Positions 11,956-22,487 of a DNA stretch of 60,527 nucleotides are shown here, in pieces. The notes under the pieces were generated by a model, which made no database searches, had not been told where the DNA came from, and was given only the letters and a program-made list of their open reading frames with translations. Position numbers and translations under genes: made by a program. Positions within the stretch are counted from its first letter, which is position 1. Every line of letters starts with the position of its first letter. Source of the stretch: Thraustochytrium aureum (lineage: Eukaryota); the NCBI GenBank assembly GCA_012862495.1, contig BLSG01000142.1, positions 100,051 through 160,577 of the forward strand. The letters run 5' to 3'.

Positions 11956-12702
11956 TTACCAGTCCGAGTCCGAGTCAGAACCGTCGTCGCGCCGCCGCCT
12001 GGCGTATCGGGCGCTGCCGCGATCACCGTTCTCCTCACGGTCGCTATCGCTGCGAGGCGCTCGCGAATCGCGCGGCGGGGCCCGCGCGACGTGTTCGTCG
12101 CCGTTTCTCGCTTGATGCCCACTCTCAACGCCGCCGCCGCCGCCGCCGCTCCTACCATGGCTGTTTCCGCCCCAGGCTCCGTTGCGAGAGCTTCCCGGAC
12201 CGCGCCGCCTCTTGCTCCGCGGCCCGTCACAATCCCACTCGGGCCGTGCGCGCGGCGGCGGCACTACATGGTGCGGTAGAGGAAACGTGCCGCCAGGGGG
12301 TCGTGGTTGGCGCAGAAGCTGACCGCCGCTTCGAGCGCGGCCATACTGGCGGCCTTCGCGAAACCCAGGGTCCATCTCGACTTTAATCACTCGGCCATCA
12401 AACTTGATGCCATCGAGTAGCACTTCAGCGAGAACTGCCGCGCGCCGTTCAACAAACTCTACAAAGCAAAACCCGCACGGCGTCCTTTCAATCCGGTGCA
12501 AGCCCATGATCACCTTCCTCACGGTGCCCGCTTTCGCGAACAGCTCATACAGCTGCTCCTCCACGGTAATCTCATTCAGCCCACCCACGTACACCGTCGT
12601 GGAGGTCGCTTTGGCCTTGTTTTGCAATTCGAGCGACTCGAATTGGCTGCGGTCCAGGTATGCCGCCACCTTCGGCCGTACCTCCTCCAGCAGGGTCGAC
12701 AT
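11956..12702 (-). CDS. NCBP2: Nuclear cap-binding protein subunit 2 (CBP20)-like RRM protein with a low-complexity R/G/D tail
   Basis: ATG at 12702. AYLDR..STTVYVGGL..EEQLYELF..VIMGL..TPCGFCFVEF..DPGFREGRQYGRARSGGQ follows the CBP20 signature. The upstream part of ORF 11956..13359 is translated satellite. Confidence 0.85.
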   Translation of the reverse strand: MSTLLEEVRPKVAAYLDRSQFESLELQNKAKATSTTVYVGGLNEITVEEQLYELFAKAGTVRKVIMGLHRIERTPCGFCFVEFVERRAAVLAEVLLDGIKFDGRVIKVEMDPGFREGRQYGRARSGGQLLRQPRPPGGTFPLPHHVVPPPRARPEWDCDGPRSKRRRGPGSSRNGAWGGNSHGRSGGGGGGVESGHQARNGDEHVARAPPRDSRAPRSDSDREENGDRGSARYARRRRDDGSDSDSDW

Positions 12703-12734
12703 CGACCTGGCCCTGCAAATTCCAGCTCCGCGGT

Positions 12735-13065
12735 GCGATGCAACGCAACGCCAAGCCAAGCCAAGCAACGCAATGAATCCCAATGCAATTCGGCGCCGAG
12801 TAACGCAAAGCCAAGCAACGCAAAGCAATGCGAACAACGCAAAGCAACGCAAAGCAATGCGAATAACGCAAAGCAAAGCAACGCAAAGCAATGCGAATAA
12901 CGCAAAGCAAAGCAACGCAACGCGAAGCAAAGCAGCGCCGAAGCAACGCAACGCGAAGCGCAGCCCAAGAGAGCACAACACCACGAACCGCCACGTATCG
13001 CCACGCCACGCGATGCAGCGCAACGCAAGAGCACAGCGCCGAGTATCGCCACGCCACGCGAAGCG
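12735..13065. repeat. Degenerate (GCAAV)n pentamer satellite with ~28-33 bp higher-order units
   Basis: gcaac/gcaaa/gcaat runs; gcaacgcaaagcaatgcga(a/t)aac repeated 3x; gtatcgccacgccacgcga repeated 2x. Confidence 0.9.
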
Positions 13066-13069
13066 CTCG

Positions 13070-14008
13070 CAGTATTTAAAAAAACAAACCAGGGCGTTCT
13101 GCGAAGCGCGCGAGACGAGCCGGCGCAGGCGAATCCAAGCACGCGTTCCCAGTCGCGCGCCGCCGCGATCCGCCTTGGGAACGCCCTCGGCCCCCGCGCA
13201 GCGCAGTTCGTTCCCGAGCAGCGGCTGGGAACGTTCCCCCGCAACGCGCGTTCCCAACCGCGCCCCAACGCGCGCGGCTACCTGCGAACGATCGCCTGCC
13301 TGCCTGCCTGCCTGCCCGCACCTTGTCTCCTTCGCGCGCCAGCCCAGCCAGCGCCGCACAGAGAAACGTTCCTTTTCGGCGATTCCTCCGCTGCAGAGCT
13401 CTTAAAGCCTCCGACGTCAAAAGNNNNNNNNNNNNNNNNNNNNNNNNNNNNNNNNNNNNNNNNNNNNNNNNNNNNNNNNNNNNNNNNNNNNNNNNNNNNN
13501 NNNNNNNNNAAAGATTTCTAAGACTATCTGTTTCGGGCGGTAGCGTTTAAACCTGGCCCGCGGGGAATCCAGGCGCGCCCGAGAGGGCGGGGTTAGGGTT
13601 AGCCGCAGACGCGTTCCCTGCGCGGGAACGCGTTCTCTGCTCGCCGCCGGCCGCAGTGGTAGTAGTTCGCTAGGAGGCACTAGGTCCGGCGCTGCGCTGC
13701 TGCGTGGAGTGGGTGGTGGTGGCGAGCGCGGGTTCTTTAGTTCTGTGGGGCTTCGCAGGCGGTTCGCTGGCGGCGGATTGAATTGCGATTGAAGGGCGAT
13801 TGGGCGCGGATTGAATGCGGATTGGCGCGAGTGGGTGGTGGCGCAGGAGAGCGCGAAAGCACGAGGGTCGGCGGGCGAGTGCGCTGTGCAGGGTGTCGCG
13901 GCGTGCGTGCGGGTGTGCGTACGTGCGTGGCTGGATTGCTGGCTTGTCGGCGCTCGCGCATTGGCGGCTTTCGCGGGGCCTTGCGTTCGCGCCTGGTGAT
14001 TTGGGGCG
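13070..14008. promoter_or_regulatory. Probable bidirectional promoter region between head-to-head NCBP2 and EIF3L
   Basis: Divergent ATGs at 12702 (-) and 14009 (+). Clustered CGTTCCC/GGGAACG motifs, GGGTTAGGGTTAG at 13590-13602 and five GATTG (reverse CAATC) motifs at ~13776-13825. Confidence 0.5.
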
Positions 14009-15580
14009 ATGGGGGACATGTACGAGGACGGCGGGGATGGCATGTACGCGGCGACGCCGTTTGAGGAGGACATGGCGTCCGACTTTAACCTGCTGGAGCG
14101 CGTGCGCGACTTTGTGACCAAGTTTTATCAGAAGATGTCGCAGAACAAGGTCGCGGACGTGCGGCAGCTGTACCAGAAGGAGTGGACGAGCATCACCAAT
14201 GCGTACTACAAAGATACGGAGTGGCCGCGCGCGGACGAGGTGGCCAACCTGTGCGAGAACAACCAGATCTTTCTGCTGTGCTACAACGAGCTGTACTATC
14301 GCCACATCTTCGTCAACGGCGAGCCGCTGATCCACCACCGCTTCGAGTCGTGGAACAACTACCGCAACCTGTTCGACGCCTTCCTGGACGAGACAACGAC
14401 GCGCAACCTGATCCTGCCCAGCGAGTGGCTCAACGACATGATCGACGAGTTCCTCTACCAGTACCAGGACTTTTGCAGGTACAAGCACGACCTGTCCAAC
14501 CTGTCTGGCGACGAGGTCAAGCTCCTCGAGGAGAACACAAACGTGTGGCAGACCGAGACGGTGCTGGGCTACCTGACCTCGTTCGTGCAGCGCAGCAACA
14601 TCGCCAACCTTCTTGCCGGGTCAAAAGGAGTTCTGCACGGCCTGTGCGTCCTGCCCGCCATGGGCTACTTTAGCATGTTCGGCCTCTGCCGCCTGCACTG
14701 CCTGCTCGCCGACTACCGGCTGGCCGTTGGCGTGCTGGCCCCGATCGACATTGACGACAAGCGCGCGCTCTTCACGCGCGTGCCGGCCTGCCACGTCAAC
14801 TTGTTCTACTACCTCGGCTTTGCCTACATGATGATGCGCCGCTATGCGGACGCCGTCAACGTCTTCAGCTCGGTCCTCCTCGCGCACCGCGGGTCCAAGG
14901 ACCGCAACAGCTCGTACGCCGACTCGCAGATCTACAAGCGCTACGACCAGATCCGCGCGCTGGCCGCCATCTCCATCTCGCTCAGCCCTGGGATCCGCGT
15001 CGACCAGCAGGTGCAGCACATCGTGGTCGAGAAGCACGCCGACAACACGCCAAGCCTCACGCGCCGCGACGAAGGCACCTTCGAGAAGCTCTTCAGCTAC
15101 TCTTGCCCCAAGTTTATTGTGCCGGGGATCCCCGACTTTCGCAGCATTGGCAACCGCCACCAGAGCGCCTACCACCTGCAGCTCAAGTGGTTCTTGCACG
15201 AGGTGCGCCAGCAGCAGGTTTTGCCCACCATCCGCTCGTACCTCAAGCTGTACACTTCCATCTCAATCGAGAAGCTGGCGCGCTTCTGCGACATCCCGGA
15301 GGACAAGTTCCGCGAGTACCTCATGGCGCTCAAGTCGTCCTCCAACCAGCTCGTGCACCAGACCAGCACCCCGCCGCTGGAGGGCGAGCGCGGCCCGGTC
15401 AGCGACGTGCACTTTTACATCGTGGGCGACATGGTCCACATTGACGAATCTCGCCAGCCGCAGCGGTACAGCCAGTTCTTCCTCACGCACGCCCTCAAGT
15501 TTCAGCAAGCCATTGACGACATGGAAGAGCTCAAGAAGAGTGCCCCCGTTGCCGCCAAGCCGGCTGTCGCCTCGCGCTAG
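14009..15580 (+). CDS. EIF3L: Eukaryotic translation initiation factor 3 subunit L (Paf67 family)
   Basis: Intact 523-aa ORF. FLLCYNELYYRHIF, RFESWNNYRNLF, LILPSEWLNDMIDEFLYQYQDFCRY, GYFSMFGLCRLHCLLADY, LFSYSCPKFI, LPTIRSYLKLYTSI are typical eIF3L blocks. Confidence 0.95.
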   Translation: MGDMYEDGGDGMYAATPFEEDMASDFNLLERVRDFVTKFYQKMSQNKVADVRQLYQKEWTSITNAYYKDTEWPRADEVANLCENNQIFLLCYNELYYRHIFVNGEPLIHHRFESWNNYRNLFDAFLDETTTRNLILPSEWLNDMIDEFLYQYQDFCRYKHDLSNLSGDEVKLLEENTNVWQTETVLGYLTSFVQRSNIANLLAGSKGVLHGLCVLPAMGYFSMFGLCRLHCLLADYRLAVGVLAPIDIDDKRALFTRVPACHVNLFYYLGFAYMMMRRYADAVNVFSSVLLAHRGSKDRNSSYADSQIYKRYDQIRALAAISISLSPGIRVDQQVQHIVVEKHADNTPSLTRRDEGTFEKLFSYSCPKFIVPGIPDFRSIGNRHQSAYHLQLKWFLHEVRQQQVLPTIRSYLKLYTSISIEKLARFCDIPEDKFREYLMALKSSSNQLVHQTSTPPLEGERGPVSDVHFYIVGDMVHIDESRQPQRYSQFFLTHALKFQQAIDDMEELKKSAPVAAKPAVASR

Positions 15581-16194
15581 GCGCAGAGAGCGTCGACGCA
15601 CCTGACGTGAGTAGCTACTAGCCCGCACCGCCCCGCTTGTCAACCCTTGGCACCGAAGGCACCAACACCCCAAACACCCGGATTGATTGCAGTTTTAGTC
15701 TACTTGTAGCTTGGCCTTGCCGGCCGAGTCCTGCCCGCACGGCGCCCATTGCTGAGCGCAAACGCCCGCTTTTTTTTCAAGTTGACGAGGTCCACGACCA
15801 GGGCCACGCTGCATGGCCCGTTGGCCAAGTGGGCTCGAGCGTTGCGCAAGGCAAGCCGCACGGCCAACCTTTCTCTCAACTAGAGAGAGTAGAAAACGTC
15901 TCGAGGAAGAGCAGAGCCTGAATGCCTTGCTTTACGCTTGCTTTCCGCGGGACGGGCGGAAGAACGCGGGGTCCGAGACTCGCTCGCGCGTGCCCATGTC
16001 GCCAGCCACCACTCTGCGCAGTTTTTCACTCGGTTGCTCGACCCTCGGTCGCCTTAGCTAGCTGGAGTGGCCAAGGCGACGCCGCTTGCCATGCCCGCCT
16101 CCTTACTCGTCACTTTCAAGCCCTTGGCCAGCGGCAACGCGCTGCGTGCTGTCCGGCACCGCATCCTGGCCAACATGAACGGCTTGCTCGGGCT

Positions 16195-19100
16195 CTATCG
16201 ACATGACGTCGCGCTCGGTCGGGGCTTCAACAACATCGCCAAGTGAAGCATCGCGACCAACCTCTTGGCCGATGCCGCTGCCAGGCTCGCCGCCTGGCGC
16301 AGAACTGTCNNNNNNNNNNNNNNNNNNNNNNNNNNNNNNNNNNNNNNNNNNNNNNNNNNNNNNNNNNNNNNNNNNNNNNNNNNNNNNNNNNNNNNNNNNN
16401 NNNNNNNNNNNNNNNNNNNNNNNNNNNNNNNNNNNNNNNNNNNNNNNNNNNNNNNNNNNNNNNNNNNNNNNNNNNNNNNNNNNNNNNNGTCCTCGTCCTC
16501 GTCCTCGTCGTCGTTGGCGGATCGCTCAGAGCCGCAAGCGCCGGCGGCCGGGCTTTCAAGTTGAGCAGGGGCAGCATCCCGGTCAACTGCTTCCTCAGGA
16601 TCCACCTCAACGTCGCCGCCCGTCGCGCTGTTTTCTGGCACAGCCTCGTCACCTAGGGCTAGCCCGGCACGCCGTACGGCCGTCGCAAGCGAGCGTTCTG
16701 GACTCGCGGCGCGCCGGGGCCGCGGTGACGGAGATCGACTCTCACCCCGAGAGCCAGACCTCGACCGCGCGCGAGGCTGAATTCCGCGGCCCGACGAGGC
16801 GTCGAATACGACCTCGTCCAGGACCTCTGGGATCTCGGACAAGGCGAGAGCGACGTTCTTGGAGCCGCTGCGCCCGCGCTTGGCAGGCGAATCGAGCATC
16901 CGTGCATCCAACCCTCCCTCGTCGACACCAGCCAGGACCAAGACCTCAGAGGGACGCATCAGTTGGTCCTCACTGCCATTCAAGTCTCTGCGCGAGAAGA
17001 AGTCACACTTGGTGCAAACGCTCTCGACCAGAAACGCTGCAAAGCTCTTGGTCCGCAGGAAGACCCCCAGGTACGGCCGGTACAAGCGCGGGCACTTGAG
17101 CAGGAACATGCGTACGTTGAACGAGAGAACGGTGCGCGCGCGCTCGCTGGCCGGCCTGCAGGTCAAAAAGTACTCGCGGTACGCGCTCAGCATGGAGCTG
17201 TGCAAGCGCATCAGCTTGCCGTGCACGCGGCTCGCGGAGCGCGCGTTCGCGGGGATCCCCTCCCAGTCCTCCAGCAAACGGTCCCGCAGCGTCTCTGGAA
17301 ACGACGGCACGAAGGATCGCGGCCCATACGACGCGCCCAGGGTCTGTCCCAAACTGGTAAACGAGGAGGCGGAGGACGAGGAGCTGGCCCGCAGGCGCCG
17401 CGTCGTCACCGCTTCTTCGTAGCGAAAGAGCGGGTGGCTGAACCGATTCGCCGCAGCGCGGCGCACCTCCTCAACCCCGCGGGGCGTCTGAGACGGAGCC
17501 CGGCCACGGTCTGTTCGGAGACCGTACCCCCGTTAAACGGATCGCCGCCCTGACCTGACAGCTGCTGCGCGGAGACCTCTGCGACGAGAGAATCCGACGG
17601 CCGCGGCACCTCGATTGTGTCAGAGTCGATGTCAACGACGAGCGTGCTTCCCTCGAGCAGCGGCGCGAGGGCGCGGATTGCCATGAACCGGTCGTACGGC
17701 CTGAGGTTGTCGTTCTCGTGGACCATCCACTCTCGAATCGCCTCGTAGCCGACAAACTCGCCGAGGTGAGTGTCGCGAGCCCCGAGCTCGAGGGTGCAGA
17801 TGCCGATGAAGAAGCTGGACGCGAGGGCGCCACCTTCGCTTTGACTGTGAGCAGTCTCGTCTAGCTTGCGACGGCGCCGCGCTGCAAAGGAACGACAGAG
17901 GGGGACCGGGACGAGCGGGCAGTAGGGGTGCTTCCACACGAATGGCCAGAGTAGCGTTCGCAAGGACTCCCCAACAAAGGTGAGCAGCGTGGGACTGTCC
18001 GACAGCATGATGACTGGGCGATTCAGGAGAAGAGCGGCGACAGTGTCCGCCACGTTCTCTTTGCGGAGGAACCGGAACAGGTGCGCAAAGGCAAAGTGCA
18101 CGGGCGGTGGCCCAAGGACCGCCCTGGTGGAGAGCGTCGCTGCGCCAGCCCCTTGCTTGCTCGCACGGGCAAGCGCCTCGCGGACAGTATCAGCGGCCTT
18201 GATGCGATTTTCCTCACCGCGATCGAACGGCTGCGTTGCAGCCCGCTGACCCCGTAGGCTCGACTCGCACGGCTTGCCCAGGCACGGTTTGCATTGGTGG
18301 AACGCATTCAACCATCTGGTCTAACACCTCGCGCAGCTCGTTGAAGACAGGCTTGTCGAGAGAAAGAACTGCCAGGCACACGGGAACAAATGCAAAGGTG
18401 GGGAGACAAACCGACTTTGCGCAGTGCGAGCACTTGCTGAGCGATTCGGCCCAGCCCCGCGCAAAGACAAACCGCATCGGCGCGCTGGCCTGCTTGATCT
18501 GCTTGATGACGTCTTCAAACATGCGCTTCGCGACCGAGACGCCGTCGATGGCGACAAGGGCGTCGTTGGCACGCAGCACGCCGCTCCTGGCAGCCGGGCT
18601 TATCGAGCCATCCGGGCGATTCACAAACTCCCGAACGATTATATATCCGTGTTCATTGAGGTGCAGGTTGAGACCAAGCCCAAAGTCGGGATGCTTGCAA
18701 AGCGTAAACTCGACCTGCCTGTATCCGCTCGCGGCGCTTGCGCTGTGAAGGTGGTCGCCCGCCGGGTCGCACTCGGTTTCGCGCGGGGCCTCCAGGCTTT
18801 CTGTGGACTCCGGTTTGCTCGCATTCGCCCCGCCAGTTGGACACTGAACTTCAACAAGTTGATGTCGGGTCAAGCACGCTCCGTACCAGAACCGCGACGT
18901 GCTTGGCCGCGAGGGCTGACTCCGCTGGCGGCAGGGCATCACAAAACAGTGAACCGACTCGCGCGGCCTCAGCGTTTCAATCTTTCGCACTAGTTCGCGA
19001 CGCTCCGCCTCAATTTGGTCCGGTGTCAGGGCAGCCACGCGATGCTCTGGCAAGGCGCCCGGTGGTGCCCACTTGCTGGCGTCTGTCTCCTCCAGCTCGA

Positions 19101-21811
19101 TTTCGTCCGCGCCAACCTGCGCGGTGTGCTCATTGATCACAGTCTTGACGCGGACGGTTGGGTACGGGCCCCCGAATGGAGGCGCCGGCGTGGCAATAAA
19201 CCCGTTCACGTTGTCTGGGTCGGAAGAGCGTCTCGTACGGTGCGTGAGGCGCAGCCGAGTCAGAGACTCGCTCTCGATTTCCTCCGTGTCGGCAACGCGG
19301 ACTGCAAGACCCATGGGCAGCATGAAGGCCGCGATTTCTGGCGGAAGGGCCTCGCTCGATGACCACGCTTGTTCCGGGCGGGTCTCTGCGGTCCCGACTG
19401 CGGCGCCGGTCGCAGATCGTTGCGAGTCGCTGCCGCCGCCTTCGGCGGCTGCAACGGAAGCGTCCCCGTCCATGAGACTCACGTCGACGTCGATGCGAGT
19501 CCGGAAGAGCATGCCCCCAGCGCGATGCGACAGGCACGGGGAGGCGCAAGAGCAGGTGCAAGCGCTTTCGCTGCAGTCGACGTGGCACTCGCACTCGCAC
19601 GTTGGGCCGCGCGGCGCGTACGGCCTTAGGGGCCGTTCGTCGGCAACAAGCGTCGAGGACAGAAGGACTGCGCGGGACACGAATGCCCTGCTCTTGCCGT
19701 TCTGCGCACCCCTCGCGTTCCACAGAAAGCTTGAGCGCCGCCGTCGCTCGATTTGGATGCCACTCGAATAGCGCGAGCGCGGCGCGACGCCGCGGCGCGG
19801 GCCTTGGCTCCCTGCACCCCCTCCTGCTGATTCGGGCTTTCGCTGGGGCTCGCTGGGGCGGCCTCCGCGGGCAATTCCAGCACGAGCAGCTTGCTGGAGC
19901 GCACTTTCCCAGCGAGCACCGCATTGAGCAAGTTGCGCTCTCTGTGCGACTCGGAGGCTTCCTCCTCGATGCGGGCCATCAGCGCAGCAAAGCACTCCGA
20001 GTCGCGGAAGAGTGGGAAAACGTCCTCCTGCATCCACGCCAGCACGTCCTTTTGCGCAGGCACGAAAACGTTCTCGAGCTGATTCGCGAGCGAGTCAAGC
20101 ACGGAGAACGCCGTGCTGATGGAGGCAAAGCCGCCGACCGAGGCCAGCTTGCCGCTCCCCCCGCCAAGCTCGGCGCTGATCTTTTCGAGGCTCTGCGAGA
20201 CAAAGACCTTGGAGTCGTCACTCACCTTGGACGCCTCGCAGCTCGAGCTGCGGCTCAAAAAGCGGTCGAGGATGTCATAGGCCATTCGAGGAGCTCGAGG
20301 AGCTCGGTGCGAGTCTCCTTGAGCTGCTGCGCTGCAGACGGTGGGGCCGCGCTGACGGGGAGCATGTCAATAAAGGAAGAGGGTCGGGATTGATCGCGCT
20401 GCGGGGAGAACCGGTCGCGGCGCTGCGCCTCGTGCCCACTTGCTCCTGGGGCGTCTGACTGGTAAGCAGAAGCTACCGAACCGGCCGATTCCCAGCGGCC
20501 AAAGGAAAACACTGAGTGCGACTTGCGGGCGCGGAGCTGCTTGCGGCGCGGCGGATCGTTTTCCGCACTCTTCGGCGAGCCTAGGGTTGGCTGGTCTCCC
20601 AGTGCGGGTTGGGAATGTGAATGCCTCCCCGGGGTTGCGGCTCCCAGGGCGACTGGCAAATCGCCCATGGCTGCCAAGCGTGGGCCTGTCGACGCGCCCG
20701 ACGAGGCCGCGCCAAGCGCCCGCGCTCGGTACCGGTCGTTGGCTTCAATCAGGAACTCCAGGTTTCCGGCCTGTGTCGTGAAGTGGTCCTGAATAAACGC
20801 GGACAAATACTTGGCGTACTCTGGATTGTCCAGGATTTGATGCATGCTAATTGGGCGCCTGTTCCTCAGCTCTTCTAGCAGAGCTTGGAAAGACCGGCTC
20901 GCTTTGAAGCGCGCAAAGTATGTCGTCCGCAGCACGGTCTCGACGCAGCGCTGCGCACTGGAGAACATGTCGAGCGTTGGCGCACCTTCCTCGAGCTGCT
21001 GACGCACCTTTGTGCGCTCGAGCGCGAGATCAAAGTCGAGCTTGGCGCTTGGCGTGTATTCGTCCTCGAATTGTTTGAACTCTGCGAAGATGGTGTCTTG
21101 GTCCTCGTCGTCCGACTCGTCCGGAGCGCTTTTGGGCTGGTCTAGCTTGCCGTGCGAACCAGCTGCCGGGGCGAATACTTTTCGTAAATCTTGCTCGCTT
21201 GGGCGAGAAGGTCTCCCGTCCGCCCCGTCAGCTGTTTGTACTCCTCCACCTCGAGCCAAAAAAACAGCAGCTCGACCTTTTCGATCTGCGACAAGAAATC
21301 GAGANNNNNNNNNNNNNNNNNNNNNNNNNNNNNNNNNNNNNNNNNNNNNNNNNNNNNNNNNNNNNNNNNNNNNNNNNNNNNNNNNNNNNNNNNNNNNNNN
21401 NNNNNNNNNNNNNNNNNNNNNNNNNNNNNNNNNNNNNNNNNNNNNNNNNNNNNNNNNNNNNNNNNNNNNNNNNNNNNNNNNNNNNNNNNNNNNNNNNNNN
21501 NNNNNNNNNNNNNNNNNNNNNNNNNNNNNNNNNNNNNNNNNNNNNNNNNNNNNNNNNNNNNNNNNNNNNNNNNNNNNNNNNNNNNNNNNNNNNNNNNNNN
21601 NNNAAAGGCACGACCTTCGCGCCGGCAGCCGACGCTGGCTGGCGCCGCAACCTCGTCCAAGCGATTGAGCGGACGCAGCGGCACACAGCGCAGCCGCCCA
21701 CGAAGCCGCGCTCGCCAGCTCGCGCGCCGCCGTTCCCGCTCTGCTACTGCGGCCTTCTGTGGGCGGCCGATCCTGGCGCATTCCCTGGAGCTCCTTTTGT
21801 TCCTCCGTCAT
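16195..21811 (-). CDS. Large RGS-RGS-DENN protein with a PDZ domain inserted in the DENN module (multiple frameshifts, two gaps; ends approximate)
   Basis: RGS1: LLFFWLEVEEYKQ..ASKIYEKY..MFSSAQRCVETVLRTTYFARFKAS. RGS2: ILDNPEYAKYLSAFI..NLEFLIEA..VFVPAQKDVLAWMQEDVFPLFRDSE. uDENN: IAAFMLPMG, HCFVM..YGACL. PDZ: GLGLNL..SPAARSGVLRANDALVAIDG. cDENN: LFRFLRKENVADTVAALLLNRPVIMLS..LLWPFVWKHPYCPLVP. dDENN: FNVRMFL..FLRTKSFAAFL. Putative ATG at 21811. Confidence 0.75.
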
Positions 21812-22487
21812 CAATCCTTGAATTCCAATACTTGTAGTCAGAGTACTCAAACGGTAACCAGGAGGATCTCGCCTCCGATGTGCTGCTGCTCGGACCCTGG
21901 AGTCGGGCTCGGGCTTGCGGGTCGACTCGCCCTGGACCTCCCGCTGCTCCTGCTCCGCTGTGACTCGGAGCGCACGGGAAGGAAGGTCCTGCTTGTCCGT
22001 CGTGACGCGCGAGACTGCCTCCTGCTCGTTCTGCTCGGACGCGTGCCGCTTGAAACTGCACGCGTGCATGCATGGCAATGCTGCTGCGTCGCCCGCGGCT
22101 GGTTCGTGTTTCGGTTGGACGAGGCAGGATTCTGCCGTCAGGATTCTGCCTGTCAACGTACGAGTTGGTGTCCGGTGGCGGCCTGCTCCCTTCCCGCTCG
22201 CTCCCACTACGCCTTTGACTTGTCCGCAGCAGCCAACGGCAACAAAGCCATGGCCCGTTGCCTGCCTGCTTGATCGGCGAAAACGCAGACAGAGTCGGAA
22301 CACTCTGCGCGGCGCGAACGGAGAAAGCGACGAACGTGATACACAACAACACCATCGAGCGCGGGCGCGGGCGGACGAGCAACACAACAAGTTTAGTACG
22401 CAACAGACTCGCGCTCTTGCGCTTGTCCGTGCGGCAGAGTTTGCGTGTCCAGCGAACTGAGCAGCCCGCGAAATTGGCAGACGCGAA

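Noticed and set aside
12404..13405. Long ORFs (333 aa on +, and the 5' extension of the 467-aa ORF on -) rich in C/F/A/L or QSNAT
   Set aside because: They are translations of the (GCAAV)n satellite plus the antisense of CBP20, not real proteins.
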